Positions 35,044 to 48,544 of a stretch of 64,000 bases of DNA are shown piece by piece. The notes under the pieces were generated by a model. It made no database searches. It had not been told where the DNA came from and saw only the letters and a list, made by a program, of their open reading frames with translations. The DNA is from Guillardia theta CCMP2712. Its lineage: Eukaryota > Protista > Cryptophyta. The position numbers and the translations under genes are program-made. Every line of letters begins with the position of its first letter. The stretch's first letter is position 1. The stretch is from positions 186,001-250,000 of the forward strand of contig NW_005434587.1 of NCBI RefSeq assembly GCF_000315625.1, read 5' to 3'.

Positions 35044-36973
35044 TTTGATTGGTTTTGCTCAAGAAATTTAGAATTCTTTGCCAGAAATTGATTGGAGTTG
35101 AAAGCTTAGAGAGAGTGAAGTGTTAAGCAGAATCACGCGCCACAAAATGTGGAATAAGCGACTGAGAGTCCTTGACGGGGAAGAAGTTATCAAGTAGATC
35201 GGAGTTGGATCAAATAGAAGCTGTTAAGAAGATAGCACAAAACTCTTCGATGTTGCAGAGTTCGAGACGGAGTGGAAGCAGGAGGACAGGCGGAACAGAA
35301 GAAATGGACGGGGAGGGGGGGGGAGAGGTATGATGTTCAAGGATGTATCTACGCTATACGGGGTGGTACTTTTTGAGGTGATGTGGGGTAATGACAAGGT
35401 CATGGGTACCAACAATTGAGAAAAGGGTGGGTATTTTGATATTAAAGTAGGGGTAATAAAGACTGTAATTTCAAGAGTAGGTGGGTGGTGTGATGTTGGG
35501 TAGGGTGCATTGCTGACTTGGTGGTTTTCAGGCTACAATCATGGGTCTTGCAGGTAGGGGTACATTGCCTTATTACTTCGCTCTCACAAGTGGATTGTGT
35601 AGTTGGGTGGGGTGGGGTGCTTATATTAAGCATCCAGTGGCCGCATCAGATAGTGAGGGTTGAGGGGGTGGGGTAGTAAAGATAACGGGTGATGTCACGA
35701 ATGAAAGTAAAATCAAAGGTGAATTCCTGGATATGATCAGAATTTTGGTGGGTGGGGTACGATCGAGGAGGTGGTAGGTGCATTTCATGAGACTGCAATC
35801 ACGTCAGTGGGTGGGGTCAGTTACTTTTAGAAAGACTAAAAGTTAATATAAAGTTCCATTTTTGGAAAATAAAATCCAAAAACAAGGTCTTTCGCGGTGC
35901 AAATGACTCTCCAGGGGTCACATCGACATTCGGCCCCACTTTCCATAGCACCATAGGCTGGCATGTTCCTCAGACCAAGCTACACCCAGTTCAATGGACC
36001 TGTGAGTCCTAGGGGGTGGACCTAAGGCTACTACTGCTTACTGAGACATGCTGAGACCTGAGGTCTTAGGACTGTAGGACTTGATGAGCTACGAATGTAG
36101 ATTGAAACGTTTGGTGCGCTCTGTCCGAAGTTACACCTCTGGCCTGCGAAAGTAATTTAAAGTGCTTACTAGTTAGGCGCCATGATCTTCAACTTTAGTA
36201 ACCGTTGAACCGTGCCGCCGTGCCACGGCACGGTCACCTATAGAGCCGGCCCGGTCACGCCGGGTGCCAGCGGCCGGGCCCCGCCCGGCCCGGCGGCGGA
36301 CTCACTGAGTCAAGTCGTCATTCACGCCGAGTCACTCGGTGGCACGTACCCATAGAGACGGTCACGGGTGTTTCCGAACGGTTACTACTTTAACGCATCC
36401 GGTCCAGGATCTTTCGTCAGCTCAAGGCCTCCCTGTCCTACGCTGCCATCATCGCGGGTGGCCATCCCAAGTTCCCGGTATGCGTCAGTCATTCCTTCGG
36501 CGGCGGCGGCGGCGGCCACCCGGCGACACGCCGACGGTCGCTGGCCGCGATCATCGGATGGCCGCGCGGGGACTTGTCCTGCGCGCCGTTAAGTGAAGGT
36601 ATCAGTTAAGTTTGGGGGACAGCAGTCGGCAGGGTTAGGTTTGGTTCTCGCTGTCTTTTCTCTTCTCGCCGTTTGGCCGCTGTGCGACAGTGTCAGGGTC
36701 AAGCCTCCTCGCCTCTCCTGATTGTCCTCGTACTGATTTTTAACTTAACTTTGAGTAAAAGTCTACTTTAATCGGATTGCGGCCCAGGCTGTGAAGTCAC
36801 GGTGGCACACTGAACTGAACTCGGGCCGAATGAGCCCGATCGGACTTCCAGTGAGGTGACTCAGTCGAATCCGAACCGGCCGGGCCGAAGTAAGGTTATG
36901 TGCCGCTGTACCTTTCAGTACCGGTGATTTTCTGTCTCATTCAGATGGTGGGGGTACACCCCGAATCGGGGAG

Positions 36974-39900
36974 ATGCGGGATGTTGGAGTCAACGTTTAT
37001 GGCGCGAGGGGGGAGATGGCGGCGGCCATCGCAGACGCGACCATGGCGAACTACATGGAGGCCGTGCAGCAGCGAGGGAGATTCGTCATAGCGATGTCCT
37101 GCGGCCCAGAGCTCGAGCTCCTGGCAGAAAGATTGACCTCGGAGCCGTACGTTTCCTTTGTCGACTGGAAGAAATGGTTCCTGTTCATGGTGGACGACCT
37201 GTGTGTGGACCTGACCAACGAGAAGAGCAAGTATAGACAGATGAACGAAATCTTCCTCGAGAAAGTGAGGATCCCCGAGCTCCAAGTCTTCCCTGCGTTC
37301 AACTCCGACATCTTTGCCGACGACAAGGGCAACGTGTGTGAGCAGGCGGCTGTGGATTACGAGCAGCGGATGCGAGAATGTCTCGGAGAGGGAGAGAAGA
37401 TCCCGGTGGTCGATCTTGTTGTGCTGTCATCGGATGAGCATGGGAACGTGGCGTCTTTCGTCAAGGACCATCCTCTCCTCAGGAACCAAGTGCGCAACTA
37501 TGAGCTGACGTGGGGGGCGATGGGGAAATATAAAGAGCTCTCACGCAATCAGGTAAGATCTTGCTGCTCTGCTGCTCAGCAGTGGAGGGAAAGACAAGAG
37601 GGAGACGGAGAGATCAAGGTTGAATGATGGGTGCCATATGATGCAGATAGTGGCACCTTTGTATGAGTGCGAGGTCAGGGAGGAAGCGAGGCTCACGGAA
37701 GGAATGAAGCACAAGTTGTCACAGGTGAGAGATGTTATGTTGAGAGATGTTATGTTGATTTTTCTTCTTCAATGCTTTCATGTCAATGGGATTCATGATT
37801 GATGGGACATTTCAATCTCAGAAAGTCTCTATGACATTGAGTCTGATCAACAACGCGCGGGAGATTTTCCTTACACTGACAGGAGAGGGTAACGATGTTT
37901 GTTGTTTGAAGGATGTGAGGAATATGAAATGTTGACCAAAACAAACAGCATCTGCACCTCTTCTCAAAGATTACTTTGGAACTTTTCCCGACAAATCACT
38001 TCCGATTAACATGATTGGTATCAGAACAAGCCCTAAGGTGACAAGTGCGAGATGAAGAGAGGGAGACAGAGGGAGGGAAGGAAGGAGGGAGGGAGGGAGA
38101 GGAGAAGTTGACAATTCTTCTGCTCTCAGCTGTTTGTAGATCAAGACAGCATGAAAGATGTCGAGTTAGCACACTTGTTGAAAGGTTTTCAGGTGATGTG
38201 ATAAATTCTAGCGCAAAGGGCAACTTTGATTACTTTGTTCAGGTCAAAGATTATAGCTACCTGATTTCTATCAAGCTTGAAGAGATGAAAAGTCGGCTTC
38301 TTTACTCTGTCTTGAGAATGTGCTTTACATGTTCTTTTCTGGTTACAGACGATGAGAGGGGGTTTGGGGATGTTGAAGATTATCCTTTGCCTGGGAACGT
38401 GCTTCGTCGCCGTGAGAAGGCGAAAATTGAAAGGTTTGTTGAGATTTGTTGTGCAATATTTGATCATCTTCGTCCCATCAAGGGTTCACAGCGAACATGA
38501 AGTCAAATTGTTCGATCAAGAATTCACGTGAGATGTGAAGGAAATCATATGAAAACACTGCTGATCATAAAGACAGGATAACAGCGATGGACCGAAACTT
38601 GTCACAAGTCCTGAGCTTGAAAGATTCAGAGGATCTGTTGTATGATGTCACGACGTTGGACGAAGAGGGTGATGGAGAGGATGACATGTTGGAACAAGCA
38701 ATGTTGGAGGAAGAGATGTTCGAAGAAGAAGAAGTTCCCCCTGATTACGATGTTTTGATTGTTCCTGATGACTGTAATCTTGCTACTGCTGTCAGGTCAG
38801 ATGTTTCTTACTGACCGAGTTGTATTCTGTATCTGAATATGAATTCAGAAATATTCAAAACACAAAGAAGCGAATTTTGTTGAGATCAGGTTGAGCTGAT
38901 CCTTGTCTGCAGTTCATTGGTTACATGAACTACAGGAGTTCACAGTTGGGATGGTTCTATTGTTGTGACGGGAAGCATACACGTTGCAGGTGATGATTTG
39001 TCAGTCGTGTCTTTTGATTTGTTTTCTTACGATCTTTTTCACTCCTCGCAGGAGCTTACAACTGTGGAAAGGTCTTCCATTGACGTTGCTGCTTGATGCG
39101 ATTGGTTCTGACATGTTGAATCTTGCTTCATCTTGCCCCTCAGAACTCGGAAGGTAAGATGTCCTGTGAAGGAGTCCGGAGCATTAGATGTAATGTCGAA
39201 TCACACCAGACAAGACAGTGCTGTCAGGGATGTGGAAATTCGAGGATGGGAGCAGCTGCACATTTCAGCGGGTATTTATGATTGTTCTTTGTTGTCGCTC
39301 GTCGAGAATTTGACAAGTTTTTACAGTTGACATTGATGCATTCAAAGTTTGACGCAATTGTACAGATTGACAACAAGACTGGTGTGTATGTATGTTTATA
39401 TGTGAGTGTTTGTACCTTTTGTCCATTTCATCGAACTAGTTTTGTTGATAAACTTTGTCTCGTTCGTGACTTGCAGTGATTACCCTTACCATGGCTTAAT
39501 GCTCACAGTTTTGTTCAGGTGGAACATTTGACTTCATCAACTGTCAATTCCAAAACGATCTCGGGCGATGTTTAACGATCAGTGGAGATTGTGTTGCAAA
39601 CATCAAAAGATGCACATTAGGGGCAAACTCAGATGAAACTCGCGTCCCTGTTTCATCCTGTTTACATCTCTACGATCAGTCGAAGGTGTCTCAACCGTCG
39701 TTGAGGGATTTTTATGTGATCACAATGACAGATCAATGTTGAAGCCTCCCGAATTCAAGGATGTTTGAATTGTCTTGTTCTTTTGGACAACAGTGAGGTA
39801 GGAAAACCTTGGTTGCACTGCAAGTTTGTATTCCTAAATTTTCATCGCATCCCATCTCATCCCATCTCATCCCATCCCATCCTCGTCGCATCCTCGTCAA

Positions 39901-40439
39901 CTCCTAGTGTCTCCTCCTCTCTTCCCGCTGACCTTTCCTCTTAAGGCTTCCCTTTCACACTGCGAGTTCGCTGAGAACAACATCTTTGCGTTGAGCATGA
40001 AATCGAGGAGGTGAGATAAAGATGCCCTGTCTTGTGTTCACTGTTGTTTGCAGCAAGGTGACCATGACCAACTGCAATGTTTTGATGAATAATGGAGCAA
40101 CGCATCGATGGAAGAAAGAAAACACATTCGCAATCTTCTGGATTGGGAAGAACAACGAGGTTCAGATTGTCTTGAGATATTGCTTGTTTGCATGTGAGAA
40201 AAGAGAGTTGTGGGCATCGAGCGGTGCTCCTGCTCAGTTTGTAGATGAGCTCAACACCTTTGCGATGTGAGTAGTGAGACATGGGATGTTATGTACAATG
40301 ATGATGATGATGGAGATGATGATGATGTAGAAGAAGAAGAAGAAGATATGACCATGAAAATTATGATGACAATGTTTTTGTGATGACGGCCAGCGTGATG
40401 AAGATGATCAAAAAGAACACAATCTTCGCTGTAAGATAG
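36974..40439 (+). CDS. Degenerate 6-phosphogluconolactonase-like domain, apparently fused to an acidic linker and a pectin-lyase-like beta-helix (end approximate)
   Basis: 6PGL fold cues: AVQQRGRFVIAMSCG, VDWKKWFLFMVDD, AAVDYEQRM, VSMTLSLINNAREI, LFVDQDS. In-frame splicing runs through introns such as 38165-38211 to LIVPDDCNLATAV..RILLRSGVHSWDG and I/V-x-x-C-x-F/L beta-helix-like repeats. Confidence 0.6.
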
Positions 40440-40587
40440 ATTGCAAACAGAAAACCTTTCAACAAGACACCAAAAAAGAATAAACGACAGAAGCGAATGT
40501 TTGGATGAGAGACTGGAAAAAAAACGTCGCGAGGATCTTCACGCTTGTTGCCCGAGCAACCGAACGTCGTCTCGCAGCTCGACGCCT

Positions 40588-41039
40588 TCATGCGGCTGAC
40601 CCAAGGAAGTCAGAGGCAAGCGATTTGAGAACAACAAGTGCAAGGGTTTGACGGCATACAGAAACACGAAAGACAATCAAATTCACTTTCATCTCATCGT
40701 CATCTTGTTTACATACCGTTTGCGTTGTGAGCGTGAGATCCAAACCCTTGACAGCATACCACCTGAAACATCCCAATCATCATGTACTTCTCACATCATC
40801 AAGCGCGCATACAAGTACACCGATGCTCCAACAAGTACGATAGAGTTGAGAACTACAACACAGATGTTCTGAACCTCAACATTCCATACGAGGACGGCGA
40901 TGAGGAGCTGAAAAAGACGAGAAAGTCAAATGATTTCTTCTCCGCCTCCCTCTCCCTGACTCCTGCTGCCTGTTTTGTCGCTCCCTCAGTGAGCTCAACC
41001 CTCCTTTGCCCCTTCTACAGTTTTGGCTGCTCCAGCTCA

Positions 41040-41100
<61 letters not shown>

Positions 41101-42951
41101 GCTGCTCTTGACCTGTTGGAAGTCAAACGTCCCATGCACCAGCAGCGAAGGCAGCAGGATCCTCGGGAAACCCCAGCTCTTCCCGAGCACGTGCTTCTTC
41201 GTCAGCCCCACCCCCACCAGCCCCCCGCAAACTCCATGAGCCGTAATGGCCACCACCTGCCCAGCTGAGGGATCATTCCCAGCTCCTGTCCCAGCTCGTA
41301 ACTCACAGCTCTGGAGTAGGCGGTGTACGCTCGAGCTGACAGGCTTGCCTGCCCCTCCTCCCCGCGCGACCCCATGGCGTATCCCATGTTCTCCACGGTA
41401 GAGAAACCCAGCGCACAGGAGACGGCGCAGACGAGGAAGACGAACTTGCTGCTGCTGTTCCTGCAGGCCTGAAGGAAGTTTTAGAGAACGATGAGAAAGG
41501 ACGAGAGAGGAGAGAGAGGAGGGAGAGGAGAAGAGAAGAGAAGACGATCAGAAAAAGGTAGTATGAAGAGGAGCAAGGGGAGGAGGAGGAGGTAGGTAGG
41601 GAAAGAACGGGCAGAAGAGGAGCTGTATTTGCACAAGACCTGAAATCTCAGAGGAGTGAAATATTTGAGACTCTCTTCAGTCCCCGCAGCGATCACATAC
41701 GCCATCAAAGCGATGAAGAGGTAGAACCCGGGTGACCTGGTATCAACATCAAATGGCTTCACCTGCTCCTTGCTACCTTGTCTTCTCCTTCTCCTGCCCT
41801 ACCCTCCCTGCCTCCCTGCCTCCCTCCCTTCCTCTTGCCGACTTTCCCTCACCCTTCCTAACACAACTAGAGCACACGTCACCTCTTGATGACAATTCCG
41901 TACGCGCTCTCGATGTCCGTCAACGGGTCTGTGTCTCCTCCCCCTTGGGCTTGCAACACATGGTCCACCAAAGTCCGCGAGATCTGCTGAGGGCGATGGA
42001 GCCTGTGGAAGAGCTGTTGGGCGATTGTGAAGTGAACCTCCCTCGGTGCGTTGCTCCCATTCATGGTGGTGAGGGAGGACAGCGCAGAAAACCAGCCCTC
42101 TATCTGCTCGTTGAAGCAGACGAAGAAGAAGATACCCTGACGGAGAGGGTCAACCTTGCACTGATGTCGAAGTTCCTCCAAACATAATGGCAGGACAATA
42201 CAGCATAGGAGAAGGAGAAACGACAACAACAAATCACCGCCAGAATGAGCTCCAGTATCATCACTACGGCTGCTCCCGGCAGGAAACCGAAGGCAAAAGT
42301 CTTGATGACAAGATCAAGAGGGATCTGAGTTGAGAAGTATCAGCCTCCCCCTCATCCTACTTTCTCCCGCCTCCTCACCCTACTCCTTCCCCTACTCCTT
42401 GTTCTTCTTCTTTCCTCTTCCTCCTACTCATTCCTACTTCTCCGTGTTCCTCTTCTCTAAACTCTGTTCTCCTTCTCCTCCTCCCCATTCCTCTTCCTCC
42501 TCCTCCTTCCTACTCATCCTCTTCTCTAAACTCTGTTCTCCTGCTCCTTCTGCTCTTTCCCTCGGCCTAGATGTTCGATGTCATACCTCGTCGCGCAGTT
42601 TCCTCCAGTAGATAACATACAAAATCTGTTCACCGATGTCAGGACACACCCCGGTACCACTTCCAGCTCCTCACCAGCACAGGAGGGACGAAAAACCCAG
42701 GGAGCAGGGCAGCGTCGTCAGGGTTGTGGTAGGTTATGTAGATGCTAGTTGCTAGCAGGAAGAGGAGGAAGGCCCAGCTGCAACAAGATCGAGCAAGTCA
42801 AGATTGAACCCAACCATGAAATCAGTGAAAGTGATCTTCTTGATTTCGACTTCTTGTCTTTTCTCTTAGCTAAGATTTCGATGCCGTTCTAGAATTTCCA
42901 GAGGTCTCTGGGGCAAACAGTGTTTCTCTTACCTTCTGAACTCCTCGACAT
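40588..42951 (-). CDS. PrsW-family (M82) intramembrane glutamic/metalloprotease
   Basis: Motifs AAGTEESLKY (EExxK), ALGFSTVENMGY (FxxxEN), AHGVCG and LLVHGTFDF; several TM segments; multi-exon. Confidence 0.8.
41041..41100. repeat. (CCTGCT)10 microsatellite
   Basis: Direct inspection; inside a PrsW intron. Confidence 0.9.
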
Positions 42952-43864
42952 GCTCGTACTGTATACTTGTCTCTACTCCTTCAAAAGGCTCTACTCCATC
43001 TTCATTCTCTTACATCTCACTTCTCCCTGTTTTCAATCTCCTTGTTGTATTTCCTCCTTGTCTTTGTTTTGCTCTCTCTCCTCCTCGTCTCCTCTGAATA
43101 TCTCCCCTCTTAAACGCCCAACTACTCTTCTCTTCATTCCAAACTTTCCACTCAACCCTTCTCCTCGATTTGCCCTCTGACAATGCCGCTGTCATCTCCC
43201 CACTCTTCCCTTCCCCTCCCCACCCCCCCCCTATTCTCTTTTATCCCTTCTCCCCCCTCATCTCCCCCTTCTCCACTCTTCTCTTCGCTTGTCTTTTCGT
43301 CTCAACCAAGATTCTTCTCGTTCCCACCAGCCCCCCCACACCCCCCCACCTCTGCTCTGCTCCCCATAGTCTCCCCTCCTCTCCTCTCCTCTCCTCTCCT
43401 CTCCCTGATGTTCTCACCATAGTCTCCTCTCCTCAGCTCTCCTCTCCTCGTCTCACCTCCATGCCGACAGGCTGTGTCCTTCTCCTTCGGCGCCTTCCTC
43501 CGCCCAGCTCCTCCCTTCCACCATCCCGATAACAAACACCCACCCCTACCCCCTCATTTACACGTTCTCCAGTGGGTCCTGAAACTTTTAAAGTGAAGTT
43601 TACATCTCAGTTATTATTTCTCCATCCGTTACATTTCAGTTACATTTCCGTTGATAATCCATCAACCTGCAAAGGAAATGTTGGACAGGGAGGGCGGCTA
43701 GAGGACAGGAGCACAGGACAAGGCTGGAGGAAGAGGAGAGAAGAGAGGAGCAGAGGAGAAGGTGGTTCAAGACAAGATGATTGAAGGGAGAGGGGTTGAT
43801 TGAAGGTAGCTGAAGTGTAATAGAGGGAGAGGAGCAACAATGAAGAGATTGTAGATCAACAAGC

Positions 43865-44761
43865 ATGAAGGGAAGGGCGCATAGCACCACCCCCGAGCCT
43901 TCCAGAAACAGTGAAAGGCAGGATAACATGAGACTACGTCGAGGTACAATGCCGGATACAAGCAGGACAAAATTTCCACAGATTGCAAACAGCAAAGCAA
44001 ACGATGCGAAGAAAGTTGAAGGAGAGAATGACGAGTACACGTTCCTCTCCCACCTTCCGATGATCTTGCTCAACATCGCAACTATCTCCATGGAGCAGTC
44101 CTCGGAGAAGCGCAAGGGCATTGCATCGCTGGATGACTTGAGGAAGGGCATGCAGTTCGAGCAACGAGCTTTGGATCTTGCTGAGGAAACGCTAGACGAC
44201 AAGCTGATCATGAAGGTTCTTTTGCGCAATGTCAAGACAAAGATCCAGATGTGCATGCATGAAGAGCTGAGCAAGGAAGAGTCGTCCGAGATGGCGAAGG
44301 ATGCAGCAAGGCACTTTTACCGGTGAAGTTTGTGAAGTTGCCTCCTCTCGTTTGATCGTCTCTCCAGCCTTGTGGAGCTCGGGAAGGTCAATGAGGATAG
44401 AGAAGTGTTCGAATCGTTGATGAGGCTGCTCGACGCCTTCCCTTCCTGGGCTGGTTGATATTTTTCTCTTCTCCGTCTTCAGATGACTCATCGGTTGCGT
44501 AGCCGCCTGGGTGTTGGACCGGATAGCGAACAGAAAGATTCAGGTGAAAAACTTGCTAGAAGTGAAACGAGAGATGATTGAATAGTTTCAGATTCAAAGA
44601 TCTAGCAAAGTCGATGTCAAGGTAGACAAATCTTTGTAGTTTAAAGGGCAGAATGTCACAAAGGATTTGTTTGCAGAAATTGTTTGCACAGTTCGATGGA
44701 GAGAAAAAAGCGCTCTCGCCAATGAGAAGGAAAGAAGCAAAGAAAACATCTCCGGTGATTG

Positions 44762-44837
<76 letters not shown>

Positions 44838-47800
44838 CAAGCTATGTCTTGTCGTTCGCTTCTCCTTCCTGTCATTGAATGTCTTTGGTCTAGGTTGCAG
44901 TTGTCCCCTGGGGATATCACGGAGACGCGAAAAAGCTGAAAGAAAAGTTTAGAAGGTCCAAGAACATCAGGTTTGACAAGTTTGCGCCTTTCACAAATTT
45001 GACATGGTCGGTACCAGCACCACATCCACCCTCAGCAGCCCCATCAGCAGCCCGGAAGATCTAGAGGAGAGAGATCAATGGGCTCGAGTGAACTCTGCGA
45101 GCATACAGGAAGGGGATGCTCTAGAGGTGCTTCCTCCGGCCAAGGGGGAGGTCTTTCGCAGAGGCGATGGGAGCAGGTTGGAGGAGGAAGGAGGAAGGAG
45201 CAGGGACCTGTCGCCTCCGAGCTCGAAGGTGGAGGGAGGGGGGAAGTTCAAGTCGCTGTCGGTCGACGTGTCGAGCAGGAGTAGGAGGGATGGGAAGGGG
45301 AAGAAGGCGAAGGCGTCCCCGCAACGAGCTCTGTCTCCTTCCGCCATCCTGCACAGCCAGCTGCTTGCCAAGATGAGCCCAGCTGAGAAGATCGCAGAGT
45401 CGGTTCGCTCGCAGGGGCTGCGGCAGCGGCATGGCTACACGCTTGCTCGGCATCCTCCTCTTTTCAGCGTGAGTGGCCTGGAGGCTCCTCCCTGGTGCCT
45501 GACGGGAAGTTCAGGACGAACCAGAGTCGTTCTCAGGTGGGGTAGCGGCTGGAGGGACCGCAGCACAGCTGGGGTTTGTGCACTACTGGAAGAAGCAGGT
45601 CGACTCGTCTCCAGCAGGTTCGAGGAGGAGGAGATGGGGGAGAGCAGGAGCAGGCGCAGGAGCAGGTGCAGTAGGAGTGGGGGGAACAGGAGTTGATTGT
45701 GGGAGGAGCAAGAGGAGCAGGAGCAGGAGCAGGAGCAGGAGCGGGGAGTGGTTATGGGAAGGAGTTGTCATTTGATTGCAGTCTCGTCTCCTGCTCTACG
45801 GACGGGAAATGTTTCTCGGTTTCTCAACTTCTCCCACCACGTTGGCGAAGACGAAGACCTGTCGCCTTTGGAGGAAGCAAAGGAGCCAAGATTCGCAAGA
45901 GTTCTTTCCCTCTCCGCTCCTACCAAGTGACGAAGCGTCGACTGGCATGCTGCTGCTGATGTTGATCGGCAGGCCACTGGGAAATGTTGTTCTTGCCGGA
46001 CCTCTCTTCACCAACAACGTCAAGTCCTTCTCGTGCTTGCATGTGTTGATGTTGTGTTGCCAGGTGTTGTCAAGAGAGCAGATTGAACAATACCTGAGAG
46101 AGGAGATGAGGAACTTTTTCAGGAATGAGAGGTCTTGCTGGTTGCTTGTTGTTTGACAGATGTTCATGCAGTTTCAAGGAGAGGAAGTCCGTCTGTGAAC
46201 GATGGATGCCCTTTCTTCATGTGTTAGAGAAGTAAGATGATGCTGGTGACGTGCGGAAAGTTGCAATCATGATGAAGTTGCGGACTAGGATATCACGATG
46301 TTTGCGTGAGAATGTCGTCACTGAAGATTACTTCTACGTGAGGGAGGTGCTTGTGGAGGAGGAAGGCGAGGACGATCGGGAAGAAAGGGAGAAAAGAAAT
46401 GGGCTGAAGGAAAGGAGGAGGACGAGCACAAGGTAGATGATTGAGCTCGTCAGAAATGTAGAAAAGTTTATCTGTTCTATCAGGAGCTGTCGGAGCCTCT
46501 TGAACCCAAGGAGGTCATTTCTTGTCTTGTTTTCCTGCTCCTGTTCTGTGCTGTTCGTTTGGTTTACATTCTCTCTTCTATTCTCCCTCTCTTTCTCTCT
46601 CTCGCTCTCTGTCTCTCTGTCTCTCTGTCTCTCTGTCTCTGTCTCTGTCTCTGTCTCTGTCTCTCTTCGCTTTACCTTCTCTTTTCACCATCTTTCTCCT
46701 CTTTGTGTTCTTCATCTTTCGTTTATTGTACCTCTCTCTCATGGTTATGCAACTTCTGATTTTGTACTTAATTTCTGTTTCTCACTCGTCATTCTCTCTT
46801 TCGTTTGCATTCTCATCAGGTTTGGAAAGAGAGGTCACTGATGGACAACGAGATCTCAATCTCCCTGGAGGACAACATGTCGCGTCCCCTTCCTCCGCTT
46901 CCCTACGGTGAAGAAGATGAAGATGAATGGCCTGAGTTGCCTCCTCGAAACATCGGAGTTTCAGTCGACATGGTGAGAGGTCCCAAACAGTCTGATGTTG
47001 ATGTCTCATGAGAAAATTTCAAAACTATGGAGACAACAACATTTGAACATTCACTTTTTTCCCTCATCCCATTCCACTCTGTTTCTGGTTCAAAACGCTG
47101 CAATGACGTTGATGCTTGTCAAAACCTCTTTCTCCGTCCTTGTAACTCACAGATGTCGCAATAGATCTTGGCGTTCTCAAAGTACGGCGGGGAGAAGCTT
47201 CAGTCTGAGATCCTTCAGCAGTCATTCGATGAAGTGCACATTCCTGCTTCGGTGACACGTTTCTGTCCACCATCACCCCAGCTGAACCTGAGCAACAGGA
47301 GAACGAGAAGCTGAGAATCGACCATGTCCCGGTCTGCAGACTTGCCGAGCTGATCAGCCTTGTGAGGTCAGACGATGATATTCACATCGACGTTCTCCTT
47401 CACGTTCTCCTCCTCCCCCCCCTTCCCCGCCCGTCGACTCCATCCTGCTCCTTGTCCTGCTTCCCATTCCCCTCCTCCTCCTCCTCCTCCTCCTGCTCTT
47501 GCTCCTGCTCCTGCTCCTCCCTCCCTCCCTCTCCTCCTCCTCCTGCTCCTTGTTTGTTTTGTTATTGCCGATGGTGGTGAGATCGTTGAAAAGAGATGTC
47601 GTCAGGCAACAGGTCAACTCTTGTTATGATCATGACATCATGGTCCAACAATGCTCTTCGCGCATTGAGGTATCAGGAGCTGCCGACAGCCATGGCTGAT
47701 GTCCTGCTGGGCAGCTGCTCAAGGAGAAGCTTTCAGTGCTCAATTGCAACCAATCGGATCTCGAGCAGATCTGTGAAAGCATGAGGTAAGGAGGAGGAGG

Positions 47801-48380
47801 AGGGGAGGAGGAGGGGAGGGAGGAGAAGGGGGAGGGGGAGGGGGAGGGAGGAGGAGGAGGAGGAGGAGGAGGAGGAGGAGTGGAAGGGGGAGGAGGAGGA
47901 CTGAAGAGAGAAATACGAATGAGAGGGGGAGGAGGAGGCGGCGGTGGAGCCGAGAAACTGAATGCGGGTGCTCAGGAACGCGATGAAGGAGGAGAAAAGG
48001 AGATCAGCCATTGTCTCCTCGTCAGTGAACATCAGCTACTATCTCCGACATGGCGGGCTGAGTCTGGGCGGCTTCACTCCTCGAATGACCAAGGAAGGGA
48101 ACGAGAGGCTGGTGAGTAGAGGGAGGGGGAGGAGGGGGACAGGGGAAGAGAGAGGAAGGGAGGGAGGGACGAAGGGGGAATGGTGAAGAGAGAAGAAGGG
48201 AGGCAGGGCAGGGGAGGGCAGGGCAGCTAGGAGAAGGGAGGGAGATGAAGGAGGGAGGGGAGGGGAGGTTGGGGAGGTGGGAGGAGAGGGAGGGGAGGAG
48301 AGGGAGTTGGTTTGATCATTTGCGGTGCAGATCAAGGCATTGAGTCCTCCCCTCGTTCGATCCTCTCTTGCTCTATAGAA
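43865..48380 (+). CDS. Large multi-exon hypothetical protein (helical N-terminus, low-complexity middle)
   Basis: Coding-like exons (43865-44322, ~45000-45535, 46820-46972, ~47960-48110) are separated by microsatellite-rich introns. No domain recognised. Confidence 0.45.
44763..44837. repeat. (GAT)25 microsatellite
   Basis: Direct inspection; probably intronic. Confidence 0.9.
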
Positions 48381-48544
48381 TCAAATGTATGTATGTAATG
48401 CCTTCCCGTTCCTCCCCCTCCTGCTCCCTGCTCCTCCTCTCGCTCCTGTCCCTGTTCCCGCTCCCTTCCCCAATCCTGCTCTTCGTTATCCTCCTCTTGC
48501 TCCCGCTCCAACTGCTGCTGCTCTCACAGTCTCTGTTTTCCACT

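Noticed and set aside
35100-36200. Possible tRNA, ncRNA or autonomous transposon in the long intergenic gap
   Set aside because: No cloverleaf or box A/B, transposase or RT ORF, clear TIR pair or target-site duplication was recognisable by eye.
44556-44952. Poly-Ile, poly-Met and poly-Asp ORFs
   Set aside because: Translations of the (GAT)25 microsatellite.
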